Positions 52,221 to 64,000 of a stretch of DNA of 64,000 nucleotides are shown in pieces. The stretch spans positions 305,350,001-305,414,000 of the forward strand of contig OZ024741.1 of assembly GCA_964016885.1 (NCBI GenBank), given 5' to 3'. Numbering within the stretch: the first letter of the stretch is position 1; the number at the start of each line of letters is the position of its first letter. Source of the DNA: Eledone cirrhosa (Eukaryota). The translations under genes and the position numbers were made by a program. Under the pieces are notes generated by a model that made no database searches, was not told the origin of the DNA, and saw nothing but the letters and a program-made list of their open reading frames with translations.

Positions 52221-53510
52221 TTAGTCATGAGATAAATAGTAATTTAGTAAATCCCTCAAAATTATTCATTAATTTATTGAAACAGAGTGTATTTCATTAG
52301 AAATATGATCACAAAAGGGAAATTTTGATTCATAACATCAGGAGTGGTTTCAGGTGGGTTGGTATTAAAAGAGTTAATAGCGGCTCAAGTGGACATTTTT
52401 TTTTTTTTCTTTGTTGATGCCATATTTGTGAAATAAAACAAAAAGAAATTTACAATTCATCAACATTGGAATATAAAAAAAAACAACTCAAAATATACAG
52501 TTAAATAGTGAAAGTAAAGGAAAAGGAGGTACGAGTGACAAACTATACCCTAATCTAGGCAGTATATTTCAGCTGCACCCCACATACAAAATGGTGAACT
52601 GCTAGCAACACCTGTTGTACCAACCACTCTACCTCACGGGCTCCTTCCTCAGATGAGATGTTCTCCTCCTAATTTTGCAGAGGAAAATGGCAGTTCAGAA
52701 ACCCAAGGCACCAAAGGTCTTGATAGCAATTGGCACAAAAAGGAAACAGGCAATTAAGTCCCAGTTATGTTATGTATTTGAGTGGAAATTGTCTGGCAGG
52801 TTGACTTAAACATGCAGGATATGTGCTTTATTTTGAGGTATGAAGCCTAGTCTTGGGCACATGATCATATAGTTGTGGGTTCGAGAACTGGGCAGTGCAT
52901 TGTGTTTTTTAACAAGACACTATTTCACATTGCTCCCTCTGCCAGGAGTTGTAACTGGCAGATAGTACCTGTATTGGAAAAACTAATGGAACCAATGTTT
53001 CTTTGGTCTGATCTGATAATTGATACCTTTTCTTTTTCCTGTTTTGAAGTGTTACGACTCAATGGCTGCTGTAAAGTTTGAATTTATAGCCTTAACCTTT
53101 TCAAGGCCGTAGATGAGATAACTCTCCTAACATATTTGAACTCGTTTCCAACAGTTCATAACTTCAAAGTTAGATGGGTTACTAGTTTATTGATGTGATG
53201 CTTGTCAATCAAAATAGTCATTTTACTGAAAAAGAAACTCGGCACAGCAACTGTAGCTATGGAAAATATACGCAGCAGTCAACAGGTTAAGGTATGTAAT
53301 TATATATCCTATCCTCACAGGCCTTGTATCTCTTTCTTAATATGTTTAATTACATTGATGATAAACTTCTTTAGCTATAAACAAAGGGGTAGACTGAGAA
53401 ACCATTAAGAAAATTTTAAATGTGTGCGTTCCAACATAAATGACCATGATAATATCCAAACTTCTTCATTTATACAATTATACATATATATTTCTTTATT
53501 TTTCTTTCAG

Positions 53511-53602
53511 AATGCTTTCATTATTATATATTTAGTAAACTGCTTTACCAGACTCATTGACTTATCTGTGAATGCTGCCAAGACTGCTGGTTTTGCTCAC
53601 CG
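53511..53602 (+). CDS. ABCD4: ABCD4 exon (NAFIIIYLVNCFTRLIDLS...AGFAHR)
   Basis: tttcag / CG|gtaaga, 92 nt; matches NAFVCIYLISCFTQLIDLS...AGYTHR. Confidence 0.95.
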
Positions 53603-53697
53603 GTAAGAAATATTTCAAACCTCTCTTCTATTTTTGTTTGTTTCCTATAAAGTCATCTTTTGCTAACATTGAAATTTGATATTATTTGATATTGCAG

Positions 53698-53784
53698 TGT
53701 TGGATTGCTGTTTGAAAGCCTACTTCAACAGAAACACAATCAGAAACTTTTGATGACCGTCTACTGTAATTCAATGGAGAGAAG
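53698..53784 (+). CDS. ABCD4: ABCD4 exon (VGLLFESLLQQKH...), last exon visible; NBD exons outside window
   Basis: ttgcag / AG|gtaatc, phase 2/2; continues HR-VG-L-E-L. Confidence 0.8.
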
Positions 53785-53895
53785 GTAATCTGATAAAATA
53801 GAAGCAATTTTATTGTCTCTTGTCTTATGTTGACTCAGAAGTGATTACAATCAGAAAGAAGGCATCTTTCACGTCATATATATATATATATTTAT

Positions 53896-53934
<39 letters not shown>

Positions 53935-53939
<5 letters not shown>

Positions 53940-54442
53940 AAGAAACACAGTAAATTGTGTGTCTAATATTACAAGGATTGAAAGACCACATTTGTTTGAA
54001 ATATTTAACCATGAAGCAGACAAAATGATAAAATAAAATAAAATTATATTATACAAACCGCCTCAATAACAATTATATCTCTCGGACAGATTAGGGATAA
54101 TCTGTTTCGCCCTGAGTGTGTTTGTAACAGATAATCCTGGGCATCATCAGCGAGAGAATCTGATTAAATGCGACAAACACCTAGTACCAACGTTCACACA
54201 GAAAGATGAATTTATCACCTCGTGCGCCGCAAGTCAAAAGTGGTATGAGTGCATTGGTTAGAAACAACAGTCTAACACACGCAACTTAATAAGCTCACCT
54301 CATGAGGGAGCCGAAATATAAATGAAAGTTAGAGTTAATAACTCTTACTGAAACCCTGTAATCAATAAGCTCCAAGTATAAATACTGAGCATTATAATAA
54401 TAATACATATATATTGTTATTAACTCTAACTTTCATTTATAT
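53935..54442 (-). mobile_element. Non-coding hammerhead-containing element (PLE pLTR of a second family or retrozyme) between (TA)n tracts
   Basis: Contains a canonical HHR; 27 bp inverted repeat 54316-54342 / 54416-54442 at its presumed 5' end. Confidence 0.65.
54078..54157 (-). ncRNA. Type I hammerhead ribozyme, canonical GUC site
   Basis: Minus strand: TCTCTCG-CTGATGA-t-GCCC(26 nt)GGGC-GAAA-CAGATTA tccc TAATCTG-TC-CGAGAGA. Confidence 0.9.
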
Positions 54443-54476
54443 ATATATATATATATATATAGTTTTAATATAGATG

Positions 54477-54527
54477 AGATTCTACAGGACTAGAACTGTT
54501 TCATTCATTAGAAATCATCAGGAATCT
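54477..54527 (-). ncRNA. Hammerhead ribozyme motif in the inverted pLTR
   Basis: Reverse complement of 60110-60160. Confidence 0.72.
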
Positions 54528-54997
54528 GGGTATCAAAAAATAAATATGGTATTTATAGGTCTCTACAAGTGGTAGGAGAGGGTGGGGAGTGGGATGGGTG
54601 CAGGTCATTGGTTGATAGAAAAGGGAATTCATTAAAAGCTAATTCTACAAAGCTATAGTTTATTTTTATTTTTATTTATATTTATTTATGTTTTTAGAGT
54701 AACAAAGGCAGACAGAATTCTATAAACAGGTTCCGGATGGCATACCATTCCTTGTCAATAAGTTTCTCTTAAGCTAACAGATGTCTATAAAATCAGTGGG
54801 GGGTCAGTCATGGTCGATAGAATTAAAGAAAAGGGAGATTCTTTAAAAGCTAAAGTCATAAGCGAATTAAATGGAGGGCCTTCTTCCTCGACAACTCTGA
54901 TGTAGCATCTACCAATGATGAGAAGTTCGGCTTCAAAACGAATAAGACACCACCCACCAACAGCCTACTCCAACCATTTGAAGAAGACCTCTTCAAG

Positions 54998-56899
54998 ATG
55001 ATCAAAGATATTAAATTCCGTAGAGCCACCACACCATTCCAGGCCTACTTAAATGCCGAATTACGGAATATAAAAAAATCCCCTAATCTTTATGTCTCCT
55101 CCGATAAAACCAAAAACGTTTATGAGGTAGACCCACAGACCTACAATAAGCTGGCAAAAAATACCATCACGACCACCTACAAAAAGGTAATAGAGAGGGC
55201 GCTGACTGAGACAAACGCGGCCGGAAAAGAAATCGCCAAGTCCCTTAAATTACATGACCGAACCGAACCTTTAAGGGTAAAGACCCCGCACTTTACCCTG
55301 AAGGACCATAAGGGAAATTTCCTCAACAAACCATCAGTCAGACTTATCAACCCCACTCGTTCTGACATCGGCTCTATCAGTAAGAAGATCCTGGATAGAG
55401 TTCTACCATCATTGCGGGCAGCCTCACCACTTCCACTCTGGAGTAGAACATCTGAGGCAATATCATGGTTCCAAGAATTACCCGATAAACACCACACTCG
55501 CTTCCTGCAACTCGACATAGAAAACTACTATGCCTCTATCTCGGAGCCCCTCCTGAAGGACGCAATTAACTTTGCCAGGAATTTTACCACCATTACCGAT
55601 GCCGAGCAAGTTATTATCCTCCACGCTCGTAAGACCTTTCTATACCACGATGGATCTTACTGGATCAACAAGAAATCTCAGACCCCATTTGACGTTAGCA
55701 TGGGGGCGAGTGACTCGGCTGAAATTAGCGACCTTGTGGGCCTGTACATCCTACATAACCTGAAGAACCTCTTTACCGGCCTAACTGGAGGTTTATACCG
55801 AGACGACGGCCTCTTCGCCCTGCATAAGGTTAGCCCCAGAACCACCGATGGGTTTCGGAAAAACTTAAGCTCTTTCTTCTCTAATCTAGGATTTAGTATA
55901 ACTATAGATTCTAATTTGACTAGGGCCAACTTCTTAGATGTCACTCTCGACCTAGATACTTCCCTCTATTACCCGTACCACAAACCTAACGAGTCCCTTA
56001 AATATATTAATGTTAATTCAAACCACCCCCAAAACATTACTGATAACCTAGTAAAAAGCGTCTCTATTAGAATATCTGGCCTCTCCGCCAACAAAGATAT
56101 TTTTAATGCATCTGCCTCCTACTACAATGACGCCCTAGCCCGTAGCGGATTTAAAGATAAGATAACTTACCTAGAAACCACCGCAAAATTGCAGAGGAGG
56201 AATAGACATAGGCAGATTAGCTGGTACAACCCTCCCTTCAATAGAGAGGTATCTACTCCGATAGCTAGGATTTTCTTCACTTTACTGAAATTACACTTCC
56301 CCATACAACATAGGTACTACACCATCTTTAATAAGAACACTATAAGACTGTCTTACTCCACCACACCTAACCTAGCTAGGAATATAGCCAACCACAACTC
56401 TAAACTAAATAAGCCAACCACCTCCGAAACCAATCCCCGGACTGGGGCTCTATGTAATTGCCTAAATAAGGAAGCATGCCCACTAGAAAACAAATGCCTC
56501 ACAAATGACATCGTATACAAATGCGATGTCATCTCAGGCACCGAGGATTGCAAAAAAACTTACATCGGCATGACCTCCAACAACTTTAAGACCCGTTGGT
56601 ATGCCCATACCCACTCCTTCAGAAGACCGGATAAATCAAATCAGACAACACTCGCCTCCTACGTTTGGGACCTCAAAAGGAACTCCACCCCCTTCACGCT
56701 TAATTGGAAAATACTCCAGAAAGCGCGCTCTTACAACGGAGGACACAAGGGCTGCGACCTTTGTATTTCAGAGAGCTACGAAATTTTATTCGCCAAGGGC
56801 CCGCTACTGAACAAACTCTCTGAACACTGCCCGAACTGCATGCACAAGAACTTTGCAACATTCAAACACTTTAAGCCAGTGTTAAAGCCCGATGGCTAA
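54998..56899 (+). CDS. PLE reverse transcriptase + C-terminal GIY-YIG endonuclease (frame open from 54854; element-derived from 54860)
   Basis: SDKTKN, LKDHK...[67 protein letters not shown]...YIGMT...[18 protein letters not shown]...CMH. Confidence 0.93.
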   Translation: MIKDIKFRRATTPFQAYLNAELRNIKKSPNLYVSSDKTKNVYEVDPQTYNKLAKNTITTTYKKVIERALTETNAAGKEIAKSLKLHDRTEPLRVKTPHFTLKDHKGNFLNKPSVRLINPTRSDIGSISKKILDRVLPSLRAASPLPLWSRTSEAISWFQELPDKHHTRFLQLDIENYYASISEPLLKDAINFARNFTTITDAEQVIILHARKTFLYHDGSYWINKKSQTPFDVSMGASDSAEISDLVGLYILHNLKNLFTGLTGGLYRDDGLFALHKVSPRTTDGFRKNLSSFFSNLGFSITIDSNLTRANFLDVTLDLDTSLYYPYHKPNESLKYINVNSNHPQNITDNLVKSVSIRISGLSANKDIFNASASYYNDALARSGFKDKITYLETTAKLQRRNRHRQISWYNPPFNREVSTPIARIFFTLLKLHFPIQHRYYTIFNKNTIRLSYSTTPNLARNIANHNSKLNKPTTSETNPRTGALCNCLNKEACPLENKCLTNDIVYKCDVISGTEDCKKTYIGMTSNNFKTRWYAHTHSFRRPDKSNQTTLASYVWDLKRNSTPFTLNWKILQKARSYNGGHKGCDLCISESYEILFAKGPLLNKLSEHCPNCMHKNFATFKHFKPVLKPDG

Positions 56900-57117
56900 A
56901 AACGACCTCCCCCTATTGGCCCCTATACCTCCTCCCCACCCTACCCCCACCCCTCCTCAACCTGAAATACGGCCACTATGGTTATGTGAGTACCTCTTTC
57001 GTATCTACATTTTCTGCCTGTAGAGGTGTCTTTATGTGCCTGCGTATATGCGTATATTTATTGAGTACCTATTTACTTGTATGTGTATATATTTGTTTGT
57101 ATATGTGTATATGTGTA

Positions 57118-57192
<75 letters not shown>

Positions 57193-57262
57193 GTTTGTGT
57201 GTATATGTGTTTTATGTGTGTATATTTATGTATGTATATGTATGTATATGTTTGTGTATATG

Positions 57263-57311
<49 letters not shown>

Positions 57312-57315
<4 letters not shown>

Positions 57316-58225
57316 TCATCATCATCATCAGGTTTAGCGTCCGTGTTCCACGCTTGCATGGGTTTGGACGGGGGTTTTCCCACTTGAGGCAAGAGTGGTT
57401 GTCTTGCTCGCATAGGACTGTCTGGCGGGTTTTCTACAGTTGGATGCCCTTCCTAACACCAACCACATTTACAGTGTGGGGCTGGGAGGTTTTTACCGTG
57501 TTGCCTACACGGCCACATTACAGCGTGGACTGTCTGGCGGGTTTTCTACAGCTGGATGCCCTTCCTAACACCAACCACATTTACAGTGTGGGGCTGGGAG
57601 GTTTTTACCGTGTTGCCTACACGGCCACATTTACAGCGTGGACTGTGTGTTTTTTGTCGTGACACCTACACGATCTCATTTGTTTCGGCCTGGATGTTGT
57701 GGGACCAACATAACTTTACATTGAAAGGGGCGGTGTGGGTGGGGTGGAGGTGGTGGGACGGGGGTGTGTTTTGATAGAGATGCCTACTGACTGTAGTAGG
57801 TTTTTACTTTGTATTTAGGTAAGGCGGGTCTTCTCTATTACTGAGTACCGCCAAAGGTCTCGGTCCAGTGACATTGTCTTGGAGAGGTGTAAGCGTGTGA
57901 GGTCGGAATTTATCAGCTCGTCCCATGTTTTTCTGGGTCTGCCTACTCCGTGGCTACCGTCTATCTTTATTGCCCTGCACTTTGTTATACAGCTGTCGTC
58001 TTTCATGCGCATCACGTGACCGTACCAACGTAGCCTTCTCTCGAGTAAACAACATCTGATCGCTCTTATTTCTAATTTTTTCCTTAGTTCGTTTATGCTT
58101 TGCCGTTCATGTATATTACTATTGCACATCCAGCGGAGCATGCAAGCTTCGTTCCTCTCTAGTCTGCGTATATCCTCTGCACACAATGCCCAGGTCTCAC
58201 TGCCATGCAGCATTGCTGTTCGTAA
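57312..58225 (-). mobile_element. 5'-truncated RTE LINE with 3'UTR nested in the PLE 3' region
   Basis: [14 protein letters not shown]...[12 protein letters not shown]...GRPRKTW; 3'UTR with tandem duplication and (GAT)n tail. Confidence 0.88.
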
Positions 58226-58399
58226 TATATATATATATATATATATGTGTGTATATATGTGTATGTATGTATGTATGTATGTATGTGTATGTATGTATGT
58301 ATGTTTATGTATATGTATGTGTATGTGTGTATGTATGTATGTGTGTGTATATGTATATATATGTGTATATGTATGTGTGTGTATGTGTATATATATGTA

Positions 58400-58430
<31 letters not shown>

Positions 58431-58455
58431 GTATATGTGTATATGTATGTGTGTA

Positions 58456-58504
<49 letters not shown>

Positions 58505-58520
58505 GTATGTATGTGTGTGC

Positions 58521-58568
<48 letters not shown>

Positions 58569-58588
58569 GTATATGGTTGTGTGGGCAG

Positions 58589-58644
<56 letters not shown>

Positions 58645-58759
58645 ATTTGTATGTATATATGTATATGTGTGTATGTGTGTGTGTATATATGTATGTATAT
58701 GTATGTGTGTATATATATATGTATATATATATATGTGTATATATGTATGTGTATGTGTA

Positions 58760-58836
<77 letters not shown>

Positions 58837-59131
58837 GTGTGTGTGTGTATGTGTGTATATATGTGTGTATATATATGTGTATATGTATGTGTCTGTGTAT
58901 GTGTATGTGTGTATATATGTGTGTATGTGTGTATATATATTTCGTGTGTGGGTGTGTGTATGTGTGTATGCGCGCGTGTGTGTATATATATATGTATATG
59001 TATATATATATATGTATATGTATATGTATATGTGTGTGTATATATGCGTTATATGTCTGTATATATATGTGTATATTTATGTATAGGTCTGTGTATGTAT
59101 GTGTATGTTTGTATATGTATGGATACATATG

Positions 59132-59184
<53 letters not shown>

Positions 59185-59327
59185 ATATATATATATATGT
59201 GTGTGTATATGTGTGTGTATAGATATTTATACATATGTATACTCGTGTTTGTATGTATGCGTGTGAGTGTATTTATTTGTGTATATATGTGTGTGTGTGT
59301 GTATGTATGTGTATGTGTGTGTGTATC

Positions 59328-59386
<59 letters not shown>

Positions 59387-59391
59387 ATGTG

Positions 59392-59458
<67 letters not shown>

Positions 59459-59640
59459 GTATTATATATGTATGTATGTATGTATGTGTGTATGTATGTG
59501 TGTGTACATGAATATATATTTATATATATTTATATATTTTTATATATGTGTGTGTGTTTTTATGTGTGTATATGTGTTTGTGTGTGTGTTTATGGTTGCG
59601 CGTAAGTGTGTGAGTGAGTATGTGTGCTTTTTTGTTTTTT
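58226..59640. repeat. About 1.4 kb compound (TA)n/(TG)n/(TATG)n microsatellite (continues 57075-57311)
   Basis: Direct inspection; source of spurious Y/I/C/V-rich ORFs. Confidence 0.95.
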
Positions 59641-60109
59641 TGTGAATGTGTCTGTTGATTTTTGGCATATAGTTGATTAGTTTAAGAGAAGTTCGAAGAT
59701 AATAGTAAGATATGCACTCAGTATTTTGAATCTGTCTGCAGAATTCTCTAGACCTTTGTCACTTAGTAGAACCTTAATGACTTTAGCTTTTAAAGAATCT
59801 CCCTTTTCTTTAATTCTATCGACCATGACTGACCCCCCCACTGATTTTATAGACATCTGTTAGCTTAAGAGAAACTTATTGACAAGGAATGGTATGCCAT
59901 CCGGAACCTGTTTATAGAATTCTGTCTGCCTTTGTTACTCTAAAAACATAAATAAATATAAATAAAAATAAAAATAAACTATAGCTTTGTAGAATTAGCT
60001 TTTAATGAATTCCCTTTTCTATCAACCAATGACCTGCACCCATCCCACTTCCCACCCTCTCCTACCACTTGTAGAGACCTATAAATACCATATTTATTTT
60101 TTGATACCC

Positions 60110-60160
60110 AGATTCCTGATGATTTCTAATGAATGAAACAGTTCTAGTCCTGTAGAATCT
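60110..60160 (+). ncRNA. Type I hammerhead ribozyme motif in the PLE 3' pLTR (GUA site, predicted cut after 60154)
   Basis: AGATTC/GAATCT stem I, CTGATGA, short stem II, GAAA, CAG/CTG stem III with central CTAG palindrome. Confidence 0.75.
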
Positions 60161-60243
60161 CATCTATATTAAAACTGTTATACTCTGCTATGTATTGAGT
60201 ACCTTACTTACTGTGGTTACCTCCGATTCAACCCGGAATTACG

Positions 60244-60290
<47 letters not shown>

Positions 60291-60349
60291 ATAGGTGTCA
60301 CAACAAAAAGCACCCAGTACACACTGTAAATGTGGTTGGCATTAGGAAG

Positions 60350-61710
60350 GTCCAACCCTTTGTTTGGCAAGCTTTCTATGGCTGGATGACCTTCCTATCA
60401 TTAACCACTTTACAGCGTGTACTGGGTGTATTTATTGTGTAGGTCATTAAATACTAGAGAGGTGGATATGTATTTGACACTACTAATGGGTCCTCTCAAC
60501 CTTTTTAGGCATGTTTTCTACAGCAAGGTGCCCTTCCTGTCACCAACCAACAATATAGAGTATATTGGGTGTATTTTCATGGCACCATCACCAGAGAGGT
60601 TGTTGGTCATAGACTCAACTGTAGAGACCTCTCAGCTCTGAGGAGGGGACAATAGGGGAGGGAGATAGGTATGAAGTTATAGGTGTTTGTGGGGTAGAGT
60701 AAGGGTGACTAATTAGTGTACAGGGATGTGGTTAATATGATGGAAGTGGGAGAGATAGATGGGCTTAGGGAGAGGGGATGTGCTCGATATAGAGGAGCGT
60801 TGTGGTGAAGAGATAGGAAACGTGGTAGTGAGGAAGTAAGGAATGGTAATGGGGGGGGGGGGGGTGAACAAGGGGTAGAGAGAGTGGCTACCAGGGTACA
60901 ATGGTGAGGATATCTAAAGTCTTTAGAGGGTATAGTAGTTGAGGGGTCATGGGTGTAGTAGTGGTGAGGATAGATGATGGGGAGTGGTAATGGGGGGGGG
61001 GAGTGGCTCATAGATGGGTCAAGACATATTGCATGCTTTTGACTGGGTCTTCATCATCACAACATAGTGCCAGCCCTCTCAATCCTTTGTCATCTCAGTT
61101 GTGAGGCTTAGTTTCTTAAGGTCATCCTTCACTACCCTATCTCATGTCATCCATAGTCTGCCTTTTCCTAGGGTCCCAACCATTAGAATTGCTCTGCATT
61201 TCTTTAAGCAGCTGCTATCTTCCAATCACATCACATGTCCACACCAGTGCAATCTTCTCTTTTGCACATTACATCGAATTCCTCTTATGCCAAGTTTTCC
61301 TCTCAGTTCACTTGCTACATCGTTCATGCACACTAACATTACACATCCATCGAAGTATACTTGCTTCATTTCTCTCCAGCCTTCACAGGTCTTCTGCGGT
61401 TAAGGCCCATGTTTCACTGTCATGAAGCACTGCAGTTCACATGCAGACATCATGTAGTCTACTCTTCACTCTGAACAAGAAGCCCTTTGTTGTCAGCAGA
61501 GGTATCCGCTCTCTCTAAACTTCTTCCAGCTTGTTCTGATTCTGGCTATCACACTTTCAGTGCATCCTCCCCCACGGCTGGTTTGATTGCCTAAGTAACA
61601 GAAGTTGTTGACAACTTCTAAGGAGCCTCCTTGGCAGTTAAAGGAATCTACAATACCACGTGAGTTCTTAGTGCTTACTTCTCCTGTGCATCTGCCACAT
61701 ACAAAGTCTA
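60350..61710 (-). mobile_element. Degenerate RTE LINE with long 3'UTR
   Basis: VVNNFCYLGNQTSRGGGCTES and RLHWCGHVM remnants on minus strand; SINE-type tail near 60350-60600. Confidence 0.65.
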
Positions 61711-61924
61711 TATATAAATACTTACTTATATATAAATATATATCTATCCATCTATCTCTCTGTCTCTCTCTCTATCCATCTATCTCTATATAGAATGTGT
61801 CTATCTCTCTCTGTCTCTCTATGTATCTACAGACCACTTATACCTCTCTATATCCATCTATCTCTATTTACCTGTATATCTCTGTCTGTCTATCTATCTA
61901 TCTATCTATCTATCTCGTATAGTA

Positions 61925-63465
61925 TAGACGCGTACAACATCGGCTCCTGCCTTTTTGAATTTTTACCTATTGACAGTAAGTGTTTGTCTCTTTATTGTGT
62001 TGTCTTCGTGTCTTTTAACCACCCGGCTAGGTCTGTAGACGGGTGGTTATCGTATTTTTACCCCTTTTGGAGGTAAAAACTACTCCCAAAAATTTTTGCT
62101 GACTCACATGGTAAAAAATTGACGCCATGTCTGTAGCACGTGTGAACGAAAACGCCACGCTCACTAAGGAAGAAGAGAGAAAGAAGCAAGTGGTACAAAG
62201 CGTTTTGCTTTCCCGCGTCAACATTTTAAAAGACTTTGTAAAAGGCGATATGCCGGACAAACAAGTAAATACGGGTGCAAACCCAATTAATTACAACGAA
62301 AACACTAACAATGACAAAACCAACACACCAAATGAGAAAGACAACAACAACAAAAATGAAAATTACTCAAACTACGAGAAACAGAACAACTCAAACACCA
62401 ACAACGAAAACAAAATATCTTTTGCACAGACTGCTAAAATATCAGTCACCTATGTGCTTGAGGATATAACAAATGCAAAAGAAATGCTTGAAAAAGCAAA
62501 AGAATATGTATCTTTTGGCGAAAATGGATCTTTTTCCATCAATTCGCTCCCAGAACTAAAAAAACAGACGGAATTACGAACTGTTGTATTGCCAACAAAA
62601 CAAGAAAACCAGCACAACCATCTCAAGCTGAAATTCAGTTGGTCCTGAAAGAGGCTATGAAAGACATCATTTTCATACAAAAGGATAAACTCTATGGGAG
62701 TTTATCCATATTGATGAAAGACGAATTGGCGGCGAAAAAATACTCTGTGTCGCCAATTCGTTCCACACATTACATCTTTTTTCCAACCTACATGGGTAAA
62801 AAAAGCCAAAGAATTTGGATAACCACCATCACCCCAAACATAAACTACTGGTGGTTACTAACCGGTTTCCTCAACTTGGACGAGGACAACCTTATATCAA
62901 TAGGGAAGGCATCTGGCGACGCATTCAGTGGAACGAGCATTGAAGTTCTGACCCAAATAAGGCCAGAACGTATCGCCCAAATCCCTGAACGCGTCATGCT
63001 GGATGACCGTACCCACCTCAACATTATTGTGGAGGGTAGGCATCCCTCCTGTTACCTGTGGCAACAGAGGTCACCTGAGGGCTGCCTTTCCCCAGCTCAC
63101 CGTAAAAACCATTGCTACCAACACCCCAACAACAACATCAAAAACAGCCAACACCACCACCACCCCAACAACAACAACAACCACAACAACAACAACAAAA
63201 ACCAACAACACCACCACCACGATAACAACAAACTTGTGAAAAAACAACACAGAACACTGTCCCACTCAACCCCTCCCCACCCAAAACAAATACAAAAACA
63301 CACACACCGCAAACACTACCAGAAAATATACCCCTCCCACCCAACAAGGAAGACGAACCCCTTTCGTCGCAAGACGAAAAAGATCCCTTCCAAATAGTAA
63401 AAAGAAAGAAGAGGAGGCGCACCACAGACACACTTATTAACATAAACCCTCCCCAAGAGAAAACA
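61925..63465 (+). mobile_element. Tx1/L1-clade LINE 5' part: 5'UTR and frameshifted ORF1 (62127 to about 63420)
   Basis: Consecutive ORFs 62127-62648 and 62639-63397; IIVEGRHPSCYL / CGNRGHLRAAFP is a broken CX2CX4HX4C knuckle followed by a Thr/Pro-rich tail; ends at the SINE at 63478. Confidence 0.7.
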
Positions 63466-64000
63466 AACTATATACATGGAGGCACATGGCTTAGTGGTTA
63501 GAGCATTGGCCTTGCAATCGAAAGGTTGTAAGTTCAATTCTCAGACCGGGTGATATGTTGTTTCCTTGAGCAAGACACTTTATTTCATGTTGCTCCAGTT
63601 TACTCAGCTGTAGAAATGAGATGATAGGGACTGGGGTCCCTATCATTCCACTGCAAAGTGGTCGTGGAGGTGCCACGGCAAAAAAGCACCCAGCACTCAC
63701 TGTAAATGAGGTTGGTGTTAGGAAGGGCATCCAGCTGTAGAAATCAAGCCAGAATCAGTTCCCGTCCCACCCTTGCAAGCAGGGAAAAGTGGACGTAAAA
63801 TGAAATGATGATGATGATACAAACCACCCCTCTTCGTGACACATCACTAACTGCAATGCAAAAAAAGACTTTACAATATACATACATGAACACAAACAAC
63901 AAAGAACTAATGAACACAATTTCGTCAAACCCTTCAGTCCAAACTGAAGGGCCTAACTTTCTAACTGCTGTGAGACTACCTCATTTACAAATGATTAAAG

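Larger units (their letters stand above)
54461..60243 (+). mobile_element. Penelope-like retroelement (Naiad-like), 5'-truncated with inverted pLTR
   Basis: 54461-54859 is the reverse complement of 59777-60176 (about 2 differences); RT + GIY-YIG ORF; 3' tail 60177-60243; (TA)n on both flanks. Confidence 0.9.

Noticed and set aside
54810-54906. ATG in the inverted pLTR as a new start for the RT ORF
   Set aside because: Different frame; terminates at TAG near 54902
54998-56899. Possible selenoprotein-type Naiad (in-frame UGA plus SECIS)
   Set aside because: The ORF has no in-frame TGA, ends in TAA and has Cys at the zinc-binding positions; no SECIS recognised
56986-59645. Long ORFs (up to 441 aa) rich in Y/I/C/V/H/T
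   Set aside because: Translations of TA/TG microsatellite lacking stops; only the 57815-58225 minus part is real RTE sequence

Overview
AT-rich, repeat-dense metazoan DNA. The SINE/RTE repertoire and (TA)n/(TG)n load suggest an octopod cephalopod (inference). Two + strand intron-containing genes can be reconstructed by hand: a complete 4-exon SLC46-family (PCFT/SLC46A3-like) MFS transporter (63-11602, 546 aa), and the N-terminal transmembrane half of ABCD4, the lysosomal cobalamin exporter (9 internal exons 34697-53784, two candidate first exons at 19388 and 22051; NBD exons lie beyond the window). The most striking accessory system is a set of Penelope-like retroelement (PLE) insertions in (TA)n tracts. 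It includes a young, 5'-truncated Naiad-like element (open RT + GIY-YIG ORF, inverted pLTR, hammerhead ribozymes) in an ABCD4 intron, a second unrelated hammerhead-bearing element abutting it, and short fold-back remnants at about 20.1 kb and 43.8 kb. Also present: nested non-autonomous Helitrons, a decayed Helitron helicase, RTE and Tx1/L1 LINE fragments, tRNA-derived SINEs sharing an RTE tail, MITEs, two large intronic inverted duplications and a CpG-retaining putative promoter zone (about 18-23.5 kb). All calls are by eye; no searches were run.
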